A DNA stretch of 64,000 nt from Desulfatiglandales bacterium (GCA_963667015.2 CAXXJJ010000004.1:1504001-1568000), one strand, 5' to 3'. Positions 1 through 9,412 are shown, numbered from the stretch's first letter. Numbers and translations are program-made. Notes: a model not told the origin generated them from the sequence alone.

Positions 1-139
1 ACACTGTTAAAGTGTATTCCGAAGATACCGCCGGTTTTTCTTCCCTGCCTGCGTTCTCTGGTGGCTGGCTGCTGCATGCCAATAACATCACCAGAAGGAT
101 CATCAGAGAGATAAAAATCAATTTCATGTTTTTTTTCAT
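1..139 (-). CDS. Lipoprotein, N-terminal part only (runs off the window); possibly MerP/HMA-like metal-binding protein
   Basis: AAGGAGG RBS, ATG at 139, MKKNMKLIFISLMILLVMLLAC lipobox, ends ...SSEYTLTV at the window edge; not in the ORF track. Confidence 0.65.
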   Translation of the reverse strand, partial: MKKNMKLIFISLMILLVMLLACSSQPPENAGREEKPAVSSEYTLTV

Positions 140-201
140 GCTTCCTCCTTTCTAAAAGTATTAATATGATGCTCCTTAATAACTTTTTACTGTATCTATA
201 C

Positions 202-244
202 TAACCATGACAGATGTCCTTAACTAGGACAAAGTGGATGGTCA
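202..244 (-). promoter_or_regulatory. Putative SECIS for the C-terminal U-G-U
   Basis: UGUCCU-AGUUA-AGGACA upper stem plus UGACCAU/AUGGUUA lower stem; no U-tract. Confidence 0.5.
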
Positions 245-808
245 GCCTCAGCCTTTAGAGGATTTAAGCTTTGTTGCCGTATATAAAATACTCAGGATTA
301 ATATTGCCGCAGAAAAAATCACCAGCATGTCCCAGAAGCTTAAAAACAGCGCACCTGCAGCTCCGCCCAGAGCTGATAAGATGGGAAGTCATCATGGACA
401 GAAAGCTGCCAGTAACGCCAGCAGAGAGCCGAAAAATCCTATCCCGCTCTCTTTGCCGGATTGTTTTGCTCCCAATACACGGATGCCGAACACAGACAGG
501 GCCATTGATATCATCACCAGCATCGCCAGTAAAAACCCTGACAACATATCCAAAGGCGTTGTATTCCATATGATCCGTCCAAACAGTACATGAACACGAC
601 CGCCTTTGCCCCCCAGAACCATGAATATAGCAAGATAGAAAAGGGCAATGATAATGCCGCTTATGAGAGCCTTTCTCTCTTTAAGGGCACTTTTAATAAC
701 AGATAAAATCTGCCTGCGATCCCGAATAATATGCCATTTTTTTACAGCAACAGCTATAACAACTGCTGATAGTAACAGGGAAAAGATATTAATCAACATT
801 GGCTCCAT
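224..808 (-). CDS. Membrane selenoprotein with MerF/MerT-like C-terminal module (FCP-U-U-LP ... KG-U-G-U-P)
   Basis: ORF 392..871 continues in frame through TGA-TGA (394-389) for 46 more mostly hydrophobic codons, then TGA GGC TGA (250-242) and TAG at 226-224; SECIS-like hairpins follow both TGA pairs. If the last TGAs are stops the end is 248 or 242. Confidence 0.8.
351..382 (-). promoter_or_regulatory. Putative bacterial SECIS for the tandem UGA-UGA
   Basis: CAGCUCU-GGGC-GGAGCUG 7-bp stem, loop G 21 nt after the second UGA. Confidence 0.65.
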
Positions 809-863
809 TTTATTTGCCGGTCCTTTCTTTATGCCGGAATTAATCTCTAGTCCTGAACCAGGA

Positions 864-1253
864 CTATTCATCGGGCCCTTTTCAATCTCAGAAAAAATGC
901 TTAAACAGGACCCCTCCCTCTCCTATTTTCACTCCTGCATCTATCAGGGTATTGCGGAGATCAACTCCTTTGTTTTCATTTTTAAGATGAAAAATCTGAC
1001 CATCAAAAGTCTGAGCTCTCAGGATGTTGGGCATTACATGCCACTGTATTTCCTTTATCTGACCTTTTTTAGCCATTGCGACCATATCATTCAGATTAAC
1101 TTCATGTCCCCAATCGACATGGCCGGAAGTATTTTCATTTTGAGGTTTGTCTTTAGCGGCAGTCTCTTCCGGTTTATCTCCGCAGGCTGCCAGCATAAAA
1201 AGGGTCTGGAAGAGTATTAAAAAAAACAGTTGTGCAGGTCTTCTGGATATCAT
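864..1253 (-). CDS. Lipoprotein, probable C-terminal selenocysteine(s) (KHFF-U-D-U-KGPDE); minimal end 888
   Basis: LAAC lipobox; TGA GAT TGA at 890-882 followed by perfect 8-bp hairpin UAGUCCUG-GUU-CAGGACUA (866-848) without U-tract. Confidence 0.6.
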
Positions 1254-1341
1254 ATAGCCCCGCATAAGATTGAAAAACAACAATTTAAGAAATGCCTGAA
1301 ATATCTTTTGAGCAAAAAAGTATAGTTAAAAAACATTTATG

Positions 1342-2106
1342 TCAACTAATTTGGTCTTCATCATTGAATCCGAATATGGCGCACTGGATTATTCTGGTTG
1401 CTTCATTCATTTGTTCTGCGGTCATATATACGCCAGGCGTTCTGTGGTTTATATCTCGATATTCTCTTGCATGTTCTTCTGACCTGAAGAATACACACTC
1501 CATTCAGAATGAATCAATAATACCCTCGTTTCTGATGTTGGATAAACCTATATCAGGTATAAATATTAGAGGTTTGCAGTCATCATCATTAACTTTATAG
1601 TTAAGATCACTGTCAATTTCTATTTTCATTGGAGTGGAGCAGTGGGCACACACTGTGTCGATCTGTACCTTCAGGTATGTCTTCAGTAATTTCCCCTGCA
1701 CGAAGGGTGTCGCAAAAGCGTCTGCCGCTCAGGCGCCATATATTTTTTGGCCAGTGTCAAAAGTAATCTGATGGGGTGTTTTTGCGGCTGTGACAGGGTA
1801 TGCCCAGACAACTTCTCCCATTTCATTTCTGTACAGGAATGTCAGACGCTTTTCCAGATGATCCAGAGCATTATTAACACGATCAGCAGGAATACCAAGT
1901 TTCTCAGATATCAGTTCCGGAGATAAAGGTTTACCATTAACCGGAAGTTCTCTTACTACAAAATGATGTATCAGACGTTCTTCCCCGGAAAGGGCGCCAT
2001 TCTCTTTCTCAAAATTACTTTTTTCACGGGCGATATGTTTTTCCCACAAAAACGGTGGAACATTTATTATATGCCGCCACAGACCAAGCATGAGTTTATT
2101 TTTCAT
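1342..2106 (-). CDS. merB: Organomercurial lyase MerB-like selenoprotein, 254 aa, U126 and U201
   Basis: ORFs 1729..2106 and 1504..1701 are in the same frame and joined by TGA; motifs IYGA-U-AAD (MerB YAWCALD), VCAHC, DSF-U-MECVFFRSEEHA (MerB SFCCHVHFFAS); N-terminal winged-helix-like part and VVWAYPVT. Confidence 0.85.
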
Positions 2107-2195
2107 GGAATCTGTATGTCCCCCGTTTTAATGGTACTTTTTGAGTTTGACCTTGTTATTTAATAATATCTATTCACAGGTCCTTTGCAGTGACG

Positions 2196-3080
2196 CTACT
2201 CACAGATTGGTTCTTCAGGCCAGCCCATTGTTTTGTATTGCTTACTATAATCAAAGTAAGCCTGGATCCAGACCACCAGACCATTGTTGATCTTGAACAT
2301 ATGAAAGTCAGGCCATACATTATTAAAAAGTGCGTAGGCGACAACCATCCCTGTTTCCTCATCCACCAGGAATCTTCGGGGGCCGTGGGTTTCGGTCATG
2401 TCGGCAAAGCCCTCGGGTGAGCAGTCATATTTGGGCATTACCGAATCCTGGTTCATTCCCCCTCTTGTAGTTATCTTGCCGTTCTCCCAGCGATCACAGA
2501 ATCCTGAATAAGCCAGGTCAGACACTTTCCGCTTCTTCTCCTTGACGAACAGTTCAAAATAATCATCTGCAACTGCCATCATTGCCAGACGGGAGCTTCG
2601 CTGCTCCGGAGGAAGAATGCCTTCCCAGTCCTGGTCCTTTGTAGCCAGTATAGCTGGAACATCCAGGACCTGAGCTCCACGAACCACTATGGCTTCAATC
2701 TCTGAAATTTTATTTTCATCAACTTTAAGCCGCACTCCGTAGAGCACCGGCTTGGGATTATCCTTTTCATCCAATATGACCTGGGTATGGGTTCCGCATT
2801 TTTTCAGATCAGCCATCCCGCGTTTAAAGGTTACCTTGGTGGCGGTTTCCCATATTCCCTTTCCAACAGGTACTTCTATACCGTTTTCTGTATATCTGAC
2901 ATTGGAAGCCATCGGCACACTTGACGGATTATGTGCCTCAAGGGCTGCTAAATATTTATCTGTGATGTTTTTAAGGTTTTCGCGCGTACACTCTCCTGCC
3001 CGGGCAGCAGTTGTATTCAGTCCCACCCCTAAAGGCAGAATAAACACACCCAACAATATACTTCGTAATACTCTTTTCAT
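2196..3080 (-). CDS. Secreted hypothetical protein, paralog of 60198..61235
   Basis: Signal peptide, GGAGG RBS, ECTRENL...VRYTENG...CDRWENG motifs shared with the paralog. Confidence 0.8.
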   Translation of the reverse strand: MKRVLRSILLGVFILPLGVGLNTTAARAGECTRENLKNITDKYLAALEAHNPSSVPMASNVRYTENGIEVPVGKGIWETATKVTFKRGMADLKKCGTHTQVILDEKDNPKPVLYGVRLKVDENKISEIEAIVVRGAQVLDVPAILATKDQDWEGILPPEQRSSRLAMMAVADDYFELFVKEKKRKVSDLAYSGFCDRWENGKITTRGGMNQDSVMPKYDCSPEGFADMTETHGPRRFLVDEETGMVVAYALFNNVWPDFHMFKINNGLVVWIQAYFDYSKQYKTMGWPEEPICE

Positions 3081-3109
3081 ACCGGGACCCTCCTGATTAG
3101 TTTTAAAGT

Positions 3110-3146
3110 AAAAAAAAGGCTACGCAATTTATAACTGCGCAGCCTT
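3110..3146 (-). terminator. Rho-independent terminator
   Basis: AAGGCTGCGCAG...TTGCGTAGCCTT followed by a T-tract on the minus strand. Confidence 0.7.
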
Positions 3147-3164
3147 GTTGGTAAGCTCTGTTAG

Positions 3165-3545
3165 CTACTTGGCTTTCTTAAGGATTATCGGAGGCATTCC
3201 ACCCATTCCTCCGCCGCCACCCATATCGCCCATGTCCATCTTCAGCTCTATTGTGTCGCCCTTTACTTCTCCATTAAACTTCATTGGCTGGCCCATACCT
3301 AAATCAATAGAATAGGAAAATTTGTTGCCGTCAATCTTTCCATCTTTAATGGACATGTCCTCTCCGTTCATGTCCTTTGTTGTTCCGGTAAGTGTTTTTC
3401 CGTCAGCCTTGAATGTATAACTGATTTTCATAGGCTCCCCACCACCCATACCTGCAACCTCTCCATTCCAGGTGCCGTCAATACCTGCTGCAAAAGCAAT
3501 ACCTGCTACAAACACGAATAAAACTGTAAGAATAAATGTTCTCAT
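3165..3545 (-). CDS. Small secreted beta-rich protein
   Basis: Signal peptide AFA|A; IDGTW...LTGT...IKDGKIDGN motif repeated in the C-terminus of 38236..39099. Confidence 0.85.
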   Translation of the reverse strand: MRTFILTVLFVFVAGIAFAAGIDGTWNGEVAGMGGGEPMKISYTFKADGKTLTGTTKDMNGEDMSIKDGKIDGNKFSYSIDLGMGQPMKFNGEVKGDTIELKMDMGDMGGGGGMGGMPPIILKKAK

Positions 3546-3878
3546 CTGAGTTCCCCCTTTTTATATTTAAAAAAGAATTTTAAAAGACAAGACTTTCGCA
3601 ACGAAGGCGCAAAGTATACGAATGGAAAGGCATGTGTGTCAACAAAATTTTAATGCGCGATATGATATCAAGACCATATTTTAAATCCGGGTTCTAATGC
3701 TTTTTTTAACTCAATTTTTTTCACTGAATACTAATAAAATACCCATAATTTTCTTGACTTATAGAGGTATCCTACCTATAGTCCAACTTTGGAGTTTTGC
3801 CAACCAAACTATAAAAACCTTTTAAAAAAGTGTTTTTATAAGCTGTTATCAACAGAAATCAACGTTAACGGAGGATTT

Positions 3879-6551
3879 ATGTCGGTAGGAAAATCAAAAG
3901 GTAAAAAGAAAGTAAAAGTAAAAGAGCCAATGGCAAGTTATGCTGACAAGACAGTATACAAGGCTCTGGGTCTCAGCGGAGGGATCTTTGGTGCTGCTCC
4001 ATGTGCCATAGATGTAAAGAATGACAGAATTGTAAGGATAAGACCCCTTCACTATGACGCGAAGTATGATCCAAAAACATTCAATCCATGGCAGATCAAA
4101 AAGAACGGGAAGACCCTTGATCCAATGTACAAGGCCCTTCCATCTCCCTTCAGTCTTGCCTATAAAAAACGTGTTTATTCCCCAAACAGGATCAAATTTC
4201 CAATGAAGAGGGTTGACTGGGATCCAGATGGAGAACGCAACCCCCAGAACAGAGGGAAAAGCAAGTTTGTCAGGATTTCATGGGATGAAGCCACAACCCT
4301 CATCGCAAAAGAGATAAAAAGAATACACAAAAAATACGGCCCACTGGCTATCCTGATCCAGGGAGACGGCCACGGCGAGTGTATGTTTATCCATGCCACC
4401 CATGGTTCCTCATCACTGCTTCTGGATAAGATGGGCGGTTTTACCCAGCAGATCAGAAATCCCGACTCCTGGGAGGGCTGGTACTGGGGTTCAAAACATC
4501 AATGGGGCTCCGGTCTCATAGGAATGATGAATCCGGCCGACAATATCATTAAAGACATCACTGAACACACCAAGCTGATGCTGGTATGGGGTGGTGACCC
4601 CGAAACAACTCCATGGGGTTTCAGGGGACAGTTTGCCAGCAATATTATGAGGTTCTGGGGTGACATAGGTATGAAACAGGTCTATATATGTCCTGACCTG
4701 AACTATGCAGCAGCCATCCATGCAAACAAATGGATACCCGTACTTCCCAATACTGATGCGGCCCTGCAGCTTGCCATCATCTACACGTGGATAAAAGAAG
4801 GCACCTATGACAAGAAATATGTTGAAACCCATACAATCGGTTTTGACAAGGTTAAGGCCTATGTAATGGGAGAAGAAGACGGCGAGCCCAAGACACCCGA
4901 ATGGGCATCACCCAAGTGTGGAGTACCCGAATGGACAATTAAGGCCCTGGCAAGAGACTGGGCAAAGAAGACAACCACAATCGGTCACTACTTTGGCGGT
5001 GGTATGATCAGAGGCCCGCTCGCTCATGAACCTGCAAGATTTGAGGTTATCCTCCTTGGAATGCAGGGACTTGGAAAACCAGGTGTTCACCAGGCACAGA
5101 TTGCCTATCAGGGAATGCCCAGGAATATCGTATCCAAGAAGACTGGAAGCCATATGGGTATGTTTGAACGTCTCAAGAGCTCCAAATACGGAGACAGGCT
5201 GTTGAAACCACACAGTATCACACCGACAGCATGGGGTAAACAGATGATCCCCAAGACACTCATAGAAAAGGCTGTCAATGAAGGCAAGGTCGATTTCTGG
5301 GGCACAGGCGGACATGAAGTACCCACATCTGACCAGTTTGTTAAATACTCATATCCGATACCAAAAAAAGACGGCGGTACCGAGATTCATATGATATGGA
5401 CCGATACACCCTGCCGTATCACATGCTGGAACTGCGGTAACGATGTTATTGAAACATCAAGAAATCCCAAGATAGAGTTCATCCTTGCCCAGCATCCCTG
5501 GCTGGAGAATGACTGTCTGTATGCAGATATAGTCCTGCCTATCAAGACCATCATAGAGACAGACGACATTTCACCGTGCGTAAGGGACGGGGACAGCTTC
5601 CAGAGCCTTATTCGTATGAAACCAGCCATCAGCCCGATTGGTGAGGCAAAATCCAACTTTGAGGCAGTCTGCGCGATTGCCGAGAAACTGGGTATGCTTG
5701 ATGCGGTTACTGAAAAACGAACGAATGACCAGCTGGTAAAGGATGTTTTTAACGGCCTGGGCTTTGATGAGCATATAAGCTATGAGGAGTTTGAAGAGAA
5801 GGGTTATTATGTGCTGCCCGTTGCAGAGGACTGGGAAGATGACGTTGCCGGTCTATATGACTTTTACAAGGATCCCGAGAAAAATCCCCTGCCAACACCA
5901 TCAGGCAAGCTGGAGTTCTATTCCGAACGTATAGCGAAACACTTCCCCGACGACAAAGAACGCGGACCTTTCCCGAAATGGATAGAAAGAAGTGAAACCC
6001 ATGATGAGAGGATATCCAGTGAGAGGGCCAAACTGTATCCCATTCTTTTGATGTCCAACCACGGAAGGTGGAGGGTTCATTCACAGTGTGACGATATAAC
6101 CTGGACAAGAGAGGCCTATACCGGCAAGGTCAAAGGCTTTGACGGTTACAATTACGAGCCGGTCTGGATCAACCCTAATGATGCGGCTGAGCGCGGGATC
6201 AAGAACGGAGATATCGTTCATATCTTTAATGAAAGAGGCGGTGTACTCTGCGGAGCGAGGGTTTTTGAGAGGGTAAGACCAGGGGTTGTCTCTGTAGACC
6301 ACGGTGCCAGGGCAGATGGTATTGTACCCGGAAAACTGGACAGGGGCGGCGCCATCAATACGGTTACACCAGCCGGGCTGACCTCAAAACACTGCGCGGG
6401 ACAGGCCACGAGCGGTTTTCTTGTAAACTTTGAAAAGGTTACTCCGGAGCAGATGGGCAAATGGATGAGTGAATACCCTGATGCCTTCAACAGAGAATAT
6501 GATGCTGCTTCAGGTCTTAGATTTGACGCCTGGGTTGAAGGGAGGAAATAG
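3879..6551 (+). CDS. Molybdopterin (DMSO reductase family) oxidoreductase, pyrogallol transhydroxylase large-subunit-like
   Basis: RIKFPMKRVDW, FVRISWDEA, NPDSWEGW (Ser ligand motif), TPSGKLEF, RVHSQ, VWINPNDA; GGAGG RBS before ATG 3879; no Tat signal. Confidence 0.9.
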   Translation: MSVGKSKGKKKVKVKEPMASYADKTVYKALGLSGGIFGAAPCAIDVKNDRIVRIRPLHYDAKYDPKTFNPWQIKKNGKTLDPMYKALPSPFSLAYKKRVYSPNRIKFPMKRVDWDPDGERNPQNRGKSKFVRISWDEATTLIAKEIKRIHKKYGPLAILIQGDGHGECMFIHATHGSSSLLLDKMGGFTQQIRNPDSWEGWYWGSKHQWGSGLIGMMNPADNIIKDITEHTKLMLVWGGDPETTPWGFRGQFASNIMRFWGDIGMKQVYICPDLNYAAAIHANKWIPVLPNTDAALQLAIIYTWIKEGTYDKKYVETHTIGFDKVKAYVMGEEDGEPKTPEWASPKCGVPEWTIKALARDWAKKTTTIGHYFGGGMIRGPLAHEPARFEVILLGMQGLGKPGVHQAQIAYQGMPRNIVSKKTGSHMGMFERLKSSKYGDRLLKPHSITPTAWGKQMIPKTLIEKAVNEGKVDFWGTGGHEVPTSDQFVKYSYPIPKKDGGTEIHMIWTDTPCRITCWNCGNDVIETSRNPKIEFILAQHPWLENDCLYADIVLPIKTIIETDDISPCVRDGDSFQSLIRMKPAISPIGEAKSNFEAVCAIAEKLGMLDAVTEKRTNDQLVKDVFNGLGFDEHISYEEFEEKGYYVLPVAEDWEDDVAGLYDFYKDPEKNPLPTPSGKLEFYSERIAKHFPDDKERGPFPKWIERSETHDERISSERAKLYPILLMSNHGRWRVHSQCDDITWTREAYTGKVKGFDGYNYEPVWINPNDAAERGIKNGDIVHIFNERGGVLCGARVFERVRPGVVSVDHGARADGIVPGKLDRGGAINTVTPAGLTSKHCAGQATSGFLVNFEKVTPEQMGKWMSEYPDAFNREYDAASGLRFDAWVEGRK

Positions 6552-6553
6552 AT

Positions 6554-7384
6554 ATGTCAAAGTCAAAAAAAGTATTTGTAATAGATATTCATAAATGTAA
6601 CGGATGTCACGCCTGCCAGATCGTATGTAAAGATGAGCATGTGGGTAATGACTGGTCACCGATAGCAAAACCTCAGCCTGACTCAGGACAGTTCTGGATG
6701 GAACTTACCGAGCGTGTAAGGGGTACAGTGCCAAAGGTAAAGGTCGCCTATCGTCCTCACTTCTGCATGCATTGTGACGAAGCACCCTGTATGGAAGCCT
6801 GTCCGGTCGAAGGCGCCATGTACAAGAGAGATGACGGTCTGGTGATCATAGATTCTGAAAAGTGCTCCGGGTGCAGAAACTGTCTCGATGTATGTCCCTA
6901 CGATGTTATCTTCTACAACGATGACCTCAATCTGGCACAGAAATGTACAGGCTGCGCCCATCTCCTGGATGACGAGTGGGAAGTTCCAAGGTGTGTTGAT
7001 GCATGTCCTACAGAGGCCCTTCTGTTTATGGATGAAGATGAGGCAAAGAAGAAAAAGCTGTTATCCAAGGCCGAAGTATGGATGCCCGAGCTTAAGAAAA
7101 AACTGAAACCAAGGGTATACTACCTGAACCTGCCCGGAAAATTCATTGCGGGAACATTGTATGACCCGAAAAAGAAGGAAGTTATTATAGATGCCGAATG
7201 TATCCTGACCGATGAAAAGGGAAAAACAAAGACGGTCAAGACAGACAGCTATGGTGACTTCTGGTTCGAAGATCTGAAGGATGGTGTATACGATCTGGAT
7301 ATCAAGAACAGTAAGAAGAAAAAGGCCTTTAAAAAGATTGATGTCACTACAGAAGACGTCAATCTCGGGGATATCCCCATGTAA
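6554..7384 (+). CDS. 4Fe-4S dicluster subunit, transhydroxylase small-subunit-like
   Basis: CNGCHACQIVC, CMHCDEAPCMEAC, CSGCRNCLDVC, CTGC...CVDAC; C-terminal TDSYGDFWF beta-sandwich. Confidence 0.9.
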   Translation: MSKSKKVFVIDIHKCNGCHACQIVCKDEHVGNDWSPIAKPQPDSGQFWMELTERVRGTVPKVKVAYRPHFCMHCDEAPCMEACPVEGAMYKRDDGLVIIDSEKCSGCRNCLDVCPYDVIFYNDDLNLAQKCTGCAHLLDDEWEVPRCVDACPTEALLFMDEDEAKKKKLLSKAEVWMPELKKKLKPRVYYLNLPGKFIAGTLYDPKKKEVIIDAECILTDEKGKTKTVKTDSYGDFWFEDLKDGVYDLDIKNSKKKKAFKKIDVTTEDVNLGDIPM

Positions 7385-7443
7385 CACTTTAATAGACTGA
7401 AAAGACAGGTTCCTTTCGGAGCCTGTTTGTATCAAACCCTATG

Positions 7444-7485
7444 ACGGCCCTGTTCGATCTTCATGAATTGAACGGGGCCGTTTTT
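7444..7485 (+). terminator. Rho-independent terminator
   Basis: ACGGCCCTGTTC...GAACGGGGCCGT-TTTT. Confidence 0.75.
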
Positions 7486-7606
7486 GCTGGGCAAATAACA
7501 GGCATACCGGGATATTGTAAGCGGGTTAGACAACTGCCTATATTTTGGTTCTCTTTACATTAATATGCCTGCAACATGGCAGGTTTTCCTCAAGCACCCT
7601 TTCCCG

Positions 7607-8971
7607 TCACTTTGCTTCAGCCCTTTTTATCTTATTGGCCTTCATATATTCAGCGACCCTGTCTTCAGAAAGTGAGTAGAAAAGCATCAGAGAAAAGGCG
7701 ATGACACCACAGACAACCGGAATAAAACAGATAATATTCATCAGGCTGCTTATAAACTGATCGGTTGCCTCCATCCCTGCTTCATAGCCTATAAAGGCAA
7801 GACCTGCAGTGGCAACTGTTCCGGCAAGGGTGGTTCCTACCTTGGTTGGAAGGGTAAGCATGGACATTATAAATGCACTGGCATCCTTGCCTGTCCTATA
7901 ATAGCCATATTCGGCAGTATCCATAAACATTGCCTGCCTCAGGGGATAGAAGAGTCCGGCGCCAAGTTTTATCATACAGACGATGCCTATATAGACAACA
8001 GGGCCTGATGCCCCATATATTCTCAGGACCAGGTATCCGACAGCACTGTAGATTGCGGCAAGCAGGTATGTATTTTTCTTTCCTATTCTACCGGCTACTA
8101 TTGGACCAATGATTGTACTTGTAAAGGTAGCAATTCCAAGGGTCAGGGAATAGGCTGATATCCATGCCTCATTTTTTGATACGTACTTGAAATAATATAC
8201 CGCTAATGTCTGGATATTGAAGATGCCCAGATTTACTGCGCAATCCGCACACATCAGAATCATGAGATATTTATTTCCGAAAATCTGCATGACCATCTCA
8301 GGAACAGTCATGTTATGGGACGGCGTGACTTTTTTATCGGGGATGTAATCTTCATAGCCCTTTGTCTGATAAAAGAGATTCCAGTAGCCGAAGATCTGGA
8401 CGATCCCCAGAATTCCGGTTGTGTAGAAAAACCCCCATGTCGCGCTCTGCCTGCTGAAAAAAAGCAGCATGGGCACAACCGCCACGCTGAAAACCGCCTG
8501 GCTTGCCATGCCAAACTGCATGTTCCTGGAGGAGAGTCTCAGCCTGCCTTTCGAATCTGTTGACAACACCGAAATCATCCCCATATGGGCATTATAGGCA
8601 AAATTAAGGCTTATATTGGCAATTATATATACAGCGCTCAGGTAGACCATCTTTATGCCGTAGCTCAGAGGCAGATTCGTGAATGTAAGTGTAAAAAATA
8701 TACAGGTTGTCACGGGTATAAAGGTTAACCAGGACCTGAACCGCCCCCAGGGCATCCTGGTCTTTTGAATTATACCGCCTGAAAAGGGGATTGACACGGC
8801 ATCCACGATATGGGTGATGAACATGATGACAGCAACATGGCCGGCAGATATCAATGCAACATCAGTCAAAAAATTTGCATAATAGAACAGCCCGAGAAAC
8901 ATCATTAAGGTGAAGGTAAAATTGGCTAAACCGTAACTGTTGACAAGAAACCAGGGTACTCTTTTATCCAC
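7607..8971 (-). CDS. MFS transporter, glycoside-pentoside-hexuronide (MelB-like) family
   Basis: About 12 TM segments; DAVSIPFSG, TRMPWGRFRSW, DTAEYGYYRTG motifs. Confidence 0.85.
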   Translation of the reverse strand: MDKRVPWFLVNSYGLANFTFTLMMFLGLFYYANFLTDVALISAGHVAVIMFITHIVDAVSIPFSGGIIQKTRMPWGRFRSWLTFIPVTTCIFFTLTFTNLPLSYGIKMVYLSAVYIIANISLNFAYNAHMGMISVLSTDSKGRLRLSSRNMQFGMASQAVFSVAVVPMLLFFSRQSATWGFFYTTGILGIVQIFGYWNLFYQTKGYEDYIPDKKVTPSHNMTVPEMVMQIFGNKYLMILMCADCAVNLGIFNIQTLAVYYFKYVSKNEAWISAYSLTLGIATFTSTIIGPIVAGRIGKKNTYLLAAIYSAVGYLVLRIYGASGPVVYIGIVCMIKLGAGLFYPLRQAMFMDTAEYGYYRTGKDASAFIMSMLTLPTKVGTTLAGTVATAGLAFIGYEAGMEATDQFISSLMNIICFIPVVCGVIAFSLMLFYSLSEDRVAEYMKANKIKRAEAK

Positions 8972-9412
8972 TTTATCTACCGCCTTTCAATCCGAAATTA
9001 TGAGTAGAGATATATGCTATGCCGGTATTAATCTACTCACTGCGGCCTTTCTAATGAAGATTTATCCAGGCAATCGGAGCATGATGATAAAACCGGTATA
9101 ATCCTGAATTCGAGCTGTACCTAATACTGATATATGAACATAATTAAGAGGAACTTCAATGGGATGTGATATTACCCTATAGAATAGCCTGTGTCAAAAT
9201 ATGTTTTATTGAATAGCAAGTCAGCCTAATGAAAAAAATCTGAATGGTATTTTATGATATATTTTGATTTTTAAGACCTCCTCCACACAAGATTAATGGC
9301 GAAAAAGGCCAATGGTTGGTACATTTCCCATCTTTTTGGTAAATCCACAATCCCCCATAAATAAAGCATTTCTTAAACCACTGATATTATTAGCTTATTT
9401 AACATAATTCAC

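Noticed and set aside
1342..1344. Third Sec at the end of the MerB-like gene
   Set aside because: The domain is complete and no convincing hairpin follows
234..1600. Plus-strand ORFs 234..593, 271..573, 648..1220, 1292..1600 and minus ORF 264..569
   Set aside because: Shadows or alternative frames of the read-through selenoprotein genes
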